Assembly (NCBI GenBank): GCA_965232515.1
Contig: CBDDPY010000002.1
Span: 2,048,001 to 2,112,000 of the forward strand
DNA length: 64,000 nt
Source of the DNA: Alphaproteobacteria bacterium
Lineage (GTDB): Bacteria; Pseudomonadota; Alphaproteobacteria; GCA-2731375
Reading direction: 5' to 3'
Of the stretch, positions 19,723 to 28,262 are shown piece by piece (within the stretch, counting starts at the first letter, position 1; every line of letters begins with the position of its first letter). The notes beneath the pieces are model-generated. The model was given only the letters and a program-made list of their open reading frames with translations. It was not told the origin of the DNA and did not search any database. The position numbers and the translations under genes were made by a program.

Positions 19723-20733
19723 GTGCCCGCGCCGAAACCGATCACCATCCGCGATGTTGCCCGCCGCGCCGAAGTCGGCGTCGGCACCGTCTCACGCGTG
19801 ATGTCGAACTCGCCGAAGGTCGCGGCCGAGACGCGCGAGCGCGTGCTCAGGGCCGCCGCGGACCTGAACTACGTGCCCAACAGCGTCGCCGGCTCGCTGG
19901 CTTCAAGGCGCACGCGGGTCGTCGCCATGCTGGTGCCGACGCTCGGCAACTCGATCTTCGCCGAGACCGTCGACGGCGCCGCCGAGCGCCTGACCCAGGA
20001 CGGCTTCCAGCTCATGCTCGGCAACACCGGCTACAGCCAGGAACTGGAAGACCAGCTCACGCTCGCCTTCCTCGGCCGCCGGCCCGAGGGCCTGATCCTG
20101 ACCGGCACCCGGCACTCGCCCGCCACGCTCAGGGTGCTGCACGACGCCGGCATCCCGATCGTCGAGACCTGGGAACTGCCCGAGACCGCGCTCGACCTCG
20201 CCGTCGGCTTCTCCAACGCCAACGCGGCGCGCGACATGACCGCGCACATGCTGGCCCGCGGCTACCGCCAGATCGTCATGCTGGGCCGGCCGCCGGGCAT
20301 GGAACGGCGCAACGACCAGCGCCTGCAGGGCTATGCCGAGGCCATGCAGGCGCAAGGTCTGAGCCCCCGGTTCGTGCACAGCTCGCGGCCGCTCGACCAG
20401 CATATGGCCGCCGGCGCCGCCGGTCTGCATGACCTGCGTCGGGAATACCCCGACGCCGACGCCGTGTTCTGCGCCGACGATATCCACGCCGCCGGCCTGC
20501 TGTTCGAGTGCCAGCGTCTCGGCCTCGCCGTGCCGGGCGACCTGGCGATCGCCGGCTTCGGCGACTTCCCCGTCGCCGCCGGCGTGCACCCCCGCCTCAC
20601 CACCGTCCGCATCCCCGGCCACGACATCGGCCGCACCGCCGCCGAGCTCATCCTCGATCGCCGCAACGGCGCCGACATCCCCGACACCCGCTTCGACCTG
20701 GGCTACGAGATCATTCCCCGCGAGACGACGTAG
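19723..20733 (+). CDS. LacI-family transcriptional regulator
   Basis: ITIRDVARRAEVGVGTVSRV HTH, NYVPNSVA hinge and PRLTTV. Start is 19669 or 19723. Confidence 0.93.
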   Translation: MPAPKPITIRDVARRAEVGVGTVSRVMSNSPKVAAETRERVLRAAADLNYVPNSVAGSLASRRTRVVAMLVPTLGNSIFAETVDGAAERLTQDGFQLMLGNTGYSQELEDQLTLAFLGRRPEGLILTGTRHSPATLRVLHDAGIPIVETWELPETALDLAVGFSNANAARDMTAHMLARGYRQIVMLGRPPGMERRNDQRLQGYAEAMQAQGLSPRFVHSSRPLDQHMAAGAAGLHDLRREYPDADAVFCADDIHAAGLLFECQRLGLAVPGDLAIAGFGDFPVAAGVHPRLTTVRIPGHDIGRTAAELILDRRNGADIPDTRFDLGYEIIPRETT

Positions 20734-20740
20734 GCGACCA

Positions 20741-21364
20741 TCAGTACGACAGGCTGGGCGACTGTCGCAGATAGGTATCGTCGCTGAGTTGCCGCAGCAT
20801 GAAGCCGGCGATATCCGCGCGTGAAATCTTCAGCTTCAGGTCCGGCTCCGTCGGCGGAAAGCCGTGTTTGTAGATGCCGGTCGCGGGGCCGTTGGTGAAG
20901 GCGCCGGGCCGGACGATGGTCCAGTCCAGGTCGCTCTGTTCGACAAACGCTTCCTGCGCCTGGTGATCGGCATAGGCGTCCCGCAGCAGAAATCCGAACA
21001 TGATGCGCTTCCAGAAGAAGTTGAGATGCGCGCGGCTGTCCCCGGCGCCCAGCGTGCTCAAGCACGAAAGCCGGCGAACGCCATGGCGCTGCATCGCCTC
21101 AATGACATGTTGGGTACCGACGGAACGGACCGTCCCCTTCCGCCCCGACCCCAGCGCGATCACGACAGCGTCATGCCCCCGCACGGCGTTCGCGACGGCC
21201 TGCCGGTCGAGAACATCGCCCGCGCAGCGGTCGAGGCAATGATGCGTCAATTCCAGTGCGTCGGGCCGGCGCGCGAATGCCGTCACCCGATGCCCGCGCG
21301 TCAATGCCTGCTCGACCAGATGGCGTCCGAGCGTCCCCGTCGCGCCGAAGATAATCAGCTTCAT
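20741..21364 (-). CDS. NAD(P)H-binding oxidoreductase (BVR-B/flavin reductase-like)
   Basis: IIFGATGTLG, DWTIVRP and ISRADIA motifs. Confidence 0.9.
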   Translation of the reverse strand: MKLIIFGATGTLGRHLVEQALTRGHRVTAFARRPDALELTHHCLDRCAGDVLDRQAVANAVRGHDAVVIALGSGRKGTVRSVGTQHVIEAMQRHGVRRLSCLSTLGAGDSRAHLNFFWKRIMFGFLLRDAYADHQAQEAFVEQSDLDWTIVRPGAFTNGPATGIYKHGFPPTEPDLKLKISRADIAGFMLRQLSDDTYLRQSPSLSY

Positions 21365-21381
21365 GTCCCGCTTCCTTTCAC

Positions 21382-21438
21382 TTGACACGGTGTCAATTGA
21401 CACAATGACAAGTAGGTGCTACTTGACATCATGTCAAG
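21382..21438. promoter_or_regulatory. Three TTGACA-N3-TGTCAA operator boxes (probable TetR sites)
   Basis: ttgacacggtgtcaa (21382-21396), ttgacacaatgacaa (21397-21411) and ttgacatcatgtcaa (21423-21437, overlapping the TetR ATG). Confidence 0.8.
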
Positions 21439-22030
21439 AGACGATCCCGATACCCGCACGAGAATCCTGCGGGCCACCTGGGACCTGCTGGAGGAACGCC
21501 GGGGCCAGGGCGTGCGCATGTCGGATATTGCCCGCCAGGCCGGCATCAGCCGCCAGGCGCTCTACCTGCACTTCCCCACCCGGGCCGAGCTGCTGATCGC
21601 TACGACCCACTATCTCGATGACGTCAAGGGCACCGAGGAACGTCTGGCGCCGAGCCGCGCGGCCGAAACGGGCATCGAACGCCTCGACGCCTTCATCGAG
21701 GCCTGGGCCGCCTACATGCCGGAGATCTACGGGCTGGCGAAGGCGTTCCTCGCCATGCGCGAAACCGACGCGGCCGCCGCGACGGCCTGGGACCAGCGCA
21801 TGCAGGATATGCGCGAGGGCTGCGAGGCCGCGATCGCCGCGCTGAAACGGGATCGAATGCTTTCCACGGCATATGCGCCGAAACAGGCGACCGACATCCT
21901 TTGGACCCTGCTCTCGATCCGTAACTGGGAGCAGTGGACGCTTCATTGCGGCTGGTCGCAGAAGCGCTACCTGACAACCGTCAAATCGATGGCGCACCGC
22001 CTCCTCGTCGCCGACGGCGCGCCGAACTGA
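21431..22030 (+). CDS. TetR/AcrR-family transcriptional regulator
   Basis: TRTRILRA..IARQAGISRQALYLHFPTR helix-turn-helix. Confidence 0.92.
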   Translation: MSRDDPDTRTRILRATWDLLEERRGQGVRMSDIARQAGISRQALYLHFPTRAELLIATTHYLDDVKGTEERLAPSRAAETGIERLDAFIEAWAAYMPEIYGLAKAFLAMRETDAAAATAWDQRMQDMREGCEAAIAALKRDRMLSTAYAPKQATDILWTLLSIRNWEQWTLHCGWSQKRYLTTVKSMAHRLLVADGAPN

Positions 22031-22049
22031 CCGGCACAGGTGGCCGTGC

Positions 22050-22748
22050 TCAGCCCGCCGTGGCCTGGCGGGTCGGCACCGTGCCGCGACGCAGCCGGAA
22101 ATAGACTTCGAGCCCGATCAGGTACGGCACGTAGAAGGCGAAGATCTGGAACTGGTCGAAGGGGCCCGTAAACCCGGGCGCCACCCACAAGCCGCCGGTC
22201 ATGAAAAACCAGACCGAATAATGCGCCCGGTAGATCCAGGACCCGATCGCCAGGAAGAACAGCCGCAGCGCCCATTCCCGGTGCCGGTCGAACTGACGGG
22301 CCCGGGCGTAGCGCACGGTCTGGATCGCGGCGGCGAAGACGCAGACGCCGTAGGCGGCGAAGCCGACGTCCATCAGCGGGCCGCCGATGGTGCCGTGGAC
22401 GACGATATAGGTCGTGCCGCCGACCGCGCTCGCCAGCGCACAGACGAAAAACACATACCCCGTCCAGCGGTGGACCCGCGGATAGCGGTTGCGCAACGGG
22501 GCGACCAGCTGCAGCGGGGCCAGCAGCGTGATGATCGCGCCGGGAATCATGTGGCCGAAGATCGCCGGATTGGACAGCCAGCCGTCGGCGGCGAACAAGC
22601 GCGAGACGCCGGTGAGATCCGTGGTCAGCCCCGCCCATCCCAGGCCGGCCGCTCGGATGACGAACGACATCGACAACAGCGCCACGGTGGCGAGCGCGAC
22701 ATAGGTCAGCGCCGGCCGCCAGTCACGTCGCCGATGTCGCATGTCCAC
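22050..22748 (-). CDS. DUF2306-type membrane protein
   Basis: HRWTGY and HREWALRLF motifs; TM helices. Confidence 0.8.
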   Translation of the reverse strand: MDMRHRRRDWRPALTYVALATVALLSMSFVIRAAGLGWAGLTTDLTGVSRLFAADGWLSNPAIFGHMIPGAIITLLAPLQLVAPLRNRYPRVHRWTGYVFFVCALASAVGGTTYIVVHGTIGGPLMDVGFAAYGVCVFAAAIQTVRYARARQFDRHREWALRLFFLAIGSWIYRAHYSVWFFMTGGLWVAPGFTGPFDQFQIFAFYVPYLIGLEVYFRLRRGTVPTRQATAG

Positions 22749-22883
22749 TCTCCCACCCCGCGCCTGTCAGACCCGAATTTGGCCGCAACCGCGCCGACAT
22801 CCAACCCAAGCGCGACGGCAACCGCCTTGCTTGGCGCTATCCGTTATATAGCTGGCGCGATCGGCAAGTTAAGGACCGGTCGG

Positions 22884-23810
22884 TTAGGCGCCACGCCCGA
22901 TCGTCAGATCGTAGGCGAGCTTGGCCGCGGCGGTGTCCATGATGGCGATGCCGACGGAATCGTAGATGACTGTCGCGCCCGCCGGCACGGTCTTGCCGCC
23001 GGCATAGATTTCGCCGATCTCGGCGAAGATCTCGCAACCCGAGCCGCGCACGTTGCCGGCCTGATCGCGGGCGGCATCCATGGATTCGACGATCACCGTA
23101 TTGGCCATCGCCGCGTCGTCAAGCTCCCGGCCGTCCGCCCCGTTCCAGCCGACCGCGGTGACGAACGCCCCCGGCTTCAGCCACGCGCCTTCCAGAACGG
23201 GTTCGGTAGCCGACGTCGTGCAGGCGACGATGTCGGCGTCACGCACGGCCCGTTCCGCCTCGGCACAGAACACGGCGCCGATGTCTTCCGCGACCGCCCG
23301 CCCGTGATCCGCGTTGCGGGCCCACAACCGCATCTCCCCGAACCGCCGGACTTCCGCCAACGCTTGCGCATGGGCACGCGCCTGCACGCCGTTGCCCATG
23401 ATGGTGACAACCGCGGGCTGATCGACCGCCAGCTTCCGCGCCGCGGCGGCGCTGCCGGCCGCCGTCCGCATCTCGGTGATCAGACGGCCGTCCAGCACCG
23501 CCAGCGGCGACCCGTTCGCCTTGTCGAAGACCAGGATCACCGCCTGATGCGTCGGCAGGTCCGTGCCGGCATTCTCGTGATAGAGCGTCACGACCTTGAC
23601 GGCCATCGCCGCGCCGACCGCCGGCATGGCGGCGATGATCGCGTCGCGCCCCGGCACCGGCACCATCTGCCGAACCGGCTGGGCGACGCGCCCGGCGGAA
23701 AAGTCGATCATCGCCGCTTCGATCGCGTCGATCAGCGGCCCCCATTCGAGCGCCGTGGCGATCTGCGCCTCGCCGACGAACGGCAGCGCTTCTAGTCCCT
23801 GATAAGCCAT
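22884..23810 (-). CDS. Ornithine cyclodeaminase / mu-crystallin family protein
   Basis: ITEMRTAAGSA, GNGVQARAH and YDSVGIAIMD motifs. Confidence 0.9.
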   Translation of the reverse strand: MAYQGLEALPFVGEAQIATALEWGPLIDAIEAAMIDFSAGRVAQPVRQMVPVPGRDAIIAAMPAVGAAMAVKVVTLYHENAGTDLPTHQAVILVFDKANGSPLAVLDGRLITEMRTAAGSAAAARKLAVDQPAVVTIMGNGVQARAHAQALAEVRRFGEMRLWARNADHGRAVAEDIGAVFCAEAERAVRDADIVACTTSATEPVLEGAWLKPGAFVTAVGWNGADGRELDDAAMANTVIVESMDAARDQAGNVRGSGCEIFAEIGEIYAGGKTVPAGATVIYDSVGIAIMDTAAAKLAYDLTIGRGA

Positions 23811-23865
23811 GCCGCTGAGTGTATGGCCCTTGCCGGAACTTAGCCAAACGCCGACGTTGGAAACG

Positions 23866-24522
23866 TCAGGCAGGTTCCACGGTCCTGTGGTCGTGGCTGA
23901 AACAGACCTGCCGCGCCGCCAGCGTCTTCAGCCGCGCGATCGTCTCGGTATAAGTCGCCGCCATGCCGTCGAACGCCTGCGCCGTATCGCCGCCGGCCGC
24001 ATATTCGGCGGCGGTAAAGGCGGCCTGCGCCGCGATCAGCGTCGGCCCGGACGCATCGTCGATCAGCACCGACTGGTGGCCGGGCGTGTGCCCGTGGCTG
24101 GCGATCACGCGGATGCCCGGCAGGATCTCCGCATTGCCGGAAACGTCCACGAGACGGGCGCCGTCATGGTCGAACCATTCCGCGACTGTGTATTTCGGCC
24201 GTCGCGCCGCCGCCAGCTCGCTGGCCTGAACCACGATATCCGCGTTCGGGAACAGCCGGTTGTTGCCGCAGTGGTCATAATGCAGATGGGAGTTGATCAC
24301 CGTCGACACATCGGCCGCCTGCACGCCGTGCTGCGCCAGGAGATCGACAATCGGCTGGCGCCGGGGACGAAACAACTTCTCGACCAGCGGGCTGTCGTCG
24401 CCGACTCCAGTATCGACCAGCACGGCGCGATCCCCGGTCAGCACCAGATAGCCATAGACCTCGATCTGCTCGCCACCCTGCCAGACGGTGGCGAGATGCA
24501 GGCGATGAACGGCGATTGCCAT
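23866..24522 (-). CDS. Metallo-beta-lactamase-fold hydrolase (AHL-lactonase-like)
   Basis: LVDTG, SHLHYDHCG, GHTPGHQS and FSHD motifs. Confidence 0.88.
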   Translation of the reverse strand: MAIAVHRLHLATVWQGGEQIEVYGYLVLTGDRAVLVDTGVGDDSPLVEKLFRPRRQPIVDLLAQHGVQAADVSTVINSHLHYDHCGNNRLFPNADIVVQASELAAARRPKYTVAEWFDHDGARLVDVSGNAEILPGIRVIASHGHTPGHQSVLIDDASGPTLIAAQAAFTAAEYAAGGDTAQAFDGMAATYTETIARLKTLAARQVCFSHDHRTVEPA

Positions 24523-24631
24523 TCGCAACACCTACCACGCCCCCGGCGATGGCCAAAAAATATCGCGGTTCCACGGTCCGGTTCGACGGCCGTCCAGCCG
24601 GTTTACGCGGGCGAACCGGCGCAGGGCCCGG

Positions 24632-25621
24632 TCAGGCCACTCGCGCCGCCTGTTCGTTCCAATTGAACACCACGGGCCCCGAGGCGAGCCGCTGCGCCAG
24701 CGCCAGGCAATGGTCGCGGAAACCGGCATACCGGGTTCGTTTCCACGCCGCGGCCAGGTCCGGCAGCCGGCCGTCCCGCAGGTGCCCGACCGTGAAGGCG
24801 CGCGGAAATCCATGCTGTATCGGCACCACCGTGCCATCGGTCTCGACCACGAGTTGCCGCAACAGGGTCGCGAGCGGCGCATCGGCAGTCGGCTCCGGCG
24901 GCAGGTCGGCATAGACCGCCTCGGGCCGTTCGTGCAGATGCCGCCGATGCGCGAGATCGAGCTGGATCGCGAGCCGTCCCGCCGTCGCGGCCTTCAGCCG
25001 TTCGACCAGCAGGAAGGCGAATGCCGTCTCGTGTTCGTCCGGCCGGCTGCCGGCCAGCGTCGTCGCCGCCCGGCCGACTTCCTCCAGCGGATGGATCTGC
25101 AGCAGCGATGCGCCCTGTTCGACCGCGAAGCGGGCAACCCAAAGCGCCTCGTCCAGATTGTGCTGCGTCAGCGTGAAGATGAAAGCAAAGGGAATGCCGC
25201 TGTCGCGCAGGCCCGGCAGGCGCGCCGCCATCGTCTCGAAGGCCCGCGGGTTCGCGCGCATGCGATTGTGCGATTCCGGCGTGCCGTCGAGGCTGATGGC
25301 GATCAGCTCGACCCGGCCCGCGAGCAGATCCAGCCGGCGCCGATTGAGCGGCATGCCGTTCGTGGTGAGCGTGCGCGTGAAGCCCAGGTCGCCGGCCCGG
25401 TCGAGCAGATCGGCCAATCGCGCGTACAACAGCGGCTCGCCGCCCGACAGGCTGACGCGGCCATAACCCTCCGCGCGCGCGTCATCGAGCAGACCGGTCA
25501 GCAGGTCCCAGGGGGTCTCCGCCGTGACATCGGGGCCGGACAGCGAATAGCAGTGCCGACAGGCAAGATTGCAACGCCGCGTCGGATGAAGTTGCACGGT
25601 CGCGCGTGGACGCTGGTCCAT
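24632..25621 (-). CDS. Radical SAM enzyme (maturase-like core, Cys-less SPASM/Twitch-like tail)
   Basis: CNLACRHC (CxxxCxxC), SGGEPLL, TTNG and ISLDG..HNRMR. ATG at 25621 with GGAGG RBS; GTG at 25627 is an alternative start. Confidence 0.92.
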   Translation of the reverse strand: MDQRPRATVQLHPTRRCNLACRHCYSLSGPDVTAETPWDLLTGLLDDARAEGYGRVSLSGGEPLLYARLADLLDRAGDLGFTRTLTTNGMPLNRRRLDLLAGRVELIAISLDGTPESHNRMRANPRAFETMAARLPGLRDSGIPFAFIFTLTQHNLDEALWVARFAVEQGASLLQIHPLEEVGRAATTLAGSRPDEHETAFAFLLVERLKAATAGRLAIQLDLAHRRHLHERPEAVYADLPPEPTADAPLATLLRQLVVETDGTVVPIQHGFPRAFTVGHLRDGRLPDLAAAWKRTRYAGFRDHCLALAQRLASGPVVFNWNEQAARVA

Positions 25622-25635
25622 CGCCACCTCCTCCG

Positions 25636-25667
25636 AAAAAGGCGCCGGGCCCCAAGAGGGGCCCGGC
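25636..25667 (-). terminator. Intrinsic terminator/attenuator between the small gene and the radical SAM gene
   Basis: Perfect 10-bp stem gccgggcccc/ggggcccggc with a 4-nt loop, followed by gcc-TTTTT on the minus strand. Confidence 0.75.
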
Positions 25668-25674
25668 CCAGAGA

Positions 25675-25992
25675 TCAGCTGCGGAACCCACGCAGCGACA
25701 GGTCGACTTGCACCATGTTGGGGTGCGGCGGCTGGCCGTACGGGAACAGATCGTCGATCTCGACGACCAGCTTGCTGTCGAGCACGGACTGAAGCAGCGC
25801 GCCGGTCCGGTCAAACGGCACCTGGATCTTGGTGCACAGAAGATCCGGATCGCCAGGCTGGCCGTACTCACACCACCAGCCAAGCGTGCCCTTGACCTCC
25901 TCGACCAGCTTCTGGACGAGGCTGAGATGTTCCTTGGTGATGTCGCCGACCGTCCCAGTTGGGACGCGCAAAAGCTTCTCGGAACCACGCAT
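25675..25992 (-). CDS. Small 105-aa protein with duplicated YGQP motif; candidate radical SAM substrate
   Basis: ATG at 25992 after gaaaggaaaacc RBS; motifs WWCEYGQPGDP and LFPYGQPPHP; directly upstream of the radical SAM gene on the same strand. Confidence 0.75.
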   Translation of the reverse strand: MRGSEKLLRVPTGTVGDITKEHLSLVQKLVEEVKGTLGWWCEYGQPGDPDLLCTKIQVPFDRTGALLQSVLDSKLVVEIDDLFPYGQPPHPNMVQVDLSLRGFRS

Positions 25993-26256
25993 GATGGTTT
26001 TCCTTTCCGTCAAGTACTGGATGTCCAAACTCGCTACATCAGCAAGTAAATCTAGCGCACGGCGGAACGACGGTTTGTGATCCGCTTCACTCATTTCTCA
26101 ACAAGAGAAACTTTTTATTTGACGACGCGAGAATAGATCTTACGAACATTCTCGATAGTGCCCGGCGGCTCGCGCGGACGGGCCGTCGTGGGAAATCTTG
26201 TGCGCCCATGCCGCCATTCGCACTAAGCTGCCCGAAACGGCGCGCGGGCGAGGATC

Positions 26257-26739
26257 ATGGCGACATTCAGACCGGAAGATTTCGATTACGATTTCTGGCG
26301 CGACGCGGACAAGCGCGCCGGCTGGGACGATCTGGAGCCCGGCGAGACGGTGCAATCCCATCCGGTGACGATCACGGCGGAGATCATCCAGCGTTACGCC
26401 CGTTCGATCGGCGATCTCAATCCGCTCTACTTCGACGAGGAATACGCCAGGACCAGCCGCTTCGGCGGCCTGATCGCGCCGCCCAGCATCCACGCGCTGT
26501 TCCTGTTCGCCTGCACCGAGCACGACCATTTCATGCGCACGCCGGGCACGGTCAACATGGGCCAGAACTGGTGGATCCACGAACCGGTGCGGCCGGGCGA
26601 CACCATCACGCTCGCCGCGCGCTGCCTCGACAAGCTGATCCGCAAGGGCAACACGTTCGCCATCCACGACAATGTCTTCCGCAACCAGCACGACCGGGTC
26701 GTCTGCGCCGGCCGCGGCTGGACCATGCGGCCCTACTAG
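26257..26739 (+). CDS. MaoC/hot-dog-fold dehydratase subunit
   Basis: IGDLNPLYFDEEYA..FGGLIAPP and PVRPGDTI motifs. Confidence 0.88.
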   Translation: MATFRPEDFDYDFWRDADKRAGWDDLEPGETVQSHPVTITAEIIQRYARSIGDLNPLYFDEEYARTSRFGGLIAPPSIHALFLFACTEHDHFMRTPGTVNMGQNWWIHEPVRPGDTITLAARCLDKLIRKGNTFAIHDNVFRNQHDRVVCAGRGWTMRPY

Positions 26740-26749
26740 GAGCCTGGCC

Positions 26750-27196
26750 ATGACCGCATCCTTCACCTTCGACGACGTCGCCGTCGGCCACGCCTTCGAC
26801 GGCCCGCGCGTCGAGGTCACGCGCGAAATGATCAAGGAATTCGCCTTCGCCTCGTTCGACAACAACCCGCTGCACTGGGACGACGCCTACATCGCCGAGA
26901 CCACGTTCGCCGGCCACAAGAAGTTCGACACTGTGATTGGCCACGGCCTGATGACCTATTCCTTCATGGTCCGGGCCATGACCGACTGGCTCTGGCCCGA
27001 CAATGGCGATCATCGACGGCTCGAAACCCGCTTCCGACGCCCGGTCTATCCCGGCGACATCGTGCAGGTGCGCGTGGAGGTCCGCGACAAGCGCGAAACC
27101 CGAAAGGGCAAATGGCTGGACTGCGCCATCACCGTGACCAACCAGAACGACGAGGTCGTCGCGACAGGCGACGCACTGGCGGAGATACTCAACTAA
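26750..27196 (+). CDS. MaoC-family dehydratase (catalytic-type subunit)
   Basis: DNNPLHWD, IGHG and RFRRPVYPGD motifs; AGGAG RBS. Confidence 0.88.
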   Translation: MTASFTFDDVAVGHAFDGPRVEVTREMIKEFAFASFDNNPLHWDDAYIAETTFAGHKKFDTVIGHGLMTYSFMVRAMTDWLWPDNGDHRRLETRFRRPVYPGDIVQVRVEVRDKRETRKGKWLDCAITVTNQNDEVVATGDALAEILN

Positions 27197-27336
27197 TGCG
27201 AGGAAATTGTCGATCCACTCGGATTGCGACGAGAGTGATCGGGTAAATAATAGTCTGTTAGGCATTGTTGACTATCGTCTTAGCCGACACTTGGCCGCGA
27301 TTATTTGTCTTGCCGTGCTCGTTGTCGGGAGAAGTC

Positions 27337-28236
27337 ATGTCCGCCGGTACGTCTCGGGCGCGGAAACGAAGCTCGCTCCTGCACCGTTATGCCGCCCAGT
27401 ACACCCGTAAGCTGGAGCGTCACCAGACGGAACTGGCGCTTTACGCGGCCAAGAGAGAAGCCGATCGGTCGGCCGAGTTGGCGCACGCCGCGATGCTGGC
27501 GGCCGAGGCCGCCAATCGCGCCAAGACCGAGTTTCTAGCCAACATGAGCCACGAGCTCCGCACGCCGCTGAACGCCATCATCGGCTTTTCCGAGATGATC
27601 GCCACCGACACGGCCGGTCCGGTGGCGGATTCGAAGAGCCAGGACTACGCCCGGGACATCAACAATTCCGGGCAGCATCTGCTGCAGCTCATCAACGATA
27701 TTCTCGATCTCACCAAGATCGAGGCCGGCCGGCTCGACCTGAAAGACGAGATGGTCGACCTGGAAATGATTATCGAAAGCTGCCTGAGTATGGTCAAAAC
27801 CCGCGCCGAACGCGGCGGCCTGAACATCGAGCGGCGGCTGCCCGAGACGGCCTGCATGCTGCTCGCCGACGAGCGCAAGCTGAAGCAGATCATCCTCAAC
27901 CTGCTGTCCAACGCCGTGAAGTTCACGCCGGAGGGCGGCACCGTCACCATCGCCGTCTCGGCCGCGCCCGACACCGGCTGCGTCATCCGCGTCGCGGATA
28001 CTGGCATCGGCATGGCGCGCGACGATATCCCCAGGGCGTTGTCGCCGTTCACGCAGGTCGACGGCGGCATCAGCCGCGAATACGAAGGCACCGGGCTCGG
28101 CCTCTCCATCACCCAGGCCCTGGTCGAGCTGCATGGCGGTGTCCTCGGCATCGACAGCGATCTCGGCGCCGGCACCACCGTGACCGTGAGCCTGCCGGCG
28201 GAGCGCGTAGGTCGGCCCGCGACGGCCGCATCCTGA
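27337..28236 (+). CDS. Soluble histidine kinase (PleC/DivJ-like), no sensor domain
   Basis: FLANMSHELRTPLNAIIGFSE H-box, NLLSNAVKFT, DTGIG and GTGLGL motifs. Confidence 0.92.
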   Translation: MSAGTSRARKRSSLLHRYAAQYTRKLERHQTELALYAAKREADRSAELAHAAMLAAEAANRAKTEFLANMSHELRTPLNAIIGFSEMIATDTAGPVADSKSQDYARDINNSGQHLLQLINDILDLTKIEAGRLDLKDEMVDLEMIIESCLSMVKTRAERGGLNIERRLPETACMLLADERKLKQIILNLLSNAVKFTPEGGTVTIAVSAAPDTGCVIRVADTGIGMARDDIPRALSPFTQVDGGISREYEGTGLGLSITQALVELHGGVLGIDSDLGAGTTVTVSLPAERVGRPATAAS

Positions 28237-28262
28237 CGGCCGTCTCGAAGGAGTAATCGAAC

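Noticed and set aside
24632-25621. Calling the radical SAM enzyme pqqE, mftC or nirJ
   Set aside because: It lacks SPASM cysteines, and none of the cognate pathway genes are nearby.
25993-26094. N-terminal 34-aa extension of the small YGQP protein given in the ORF track
   Set aside because: The better RBS precedes ATG 25992, and the upstream part is AT-richer and looks like promoter/leader. The longer start is not strictly excluded.
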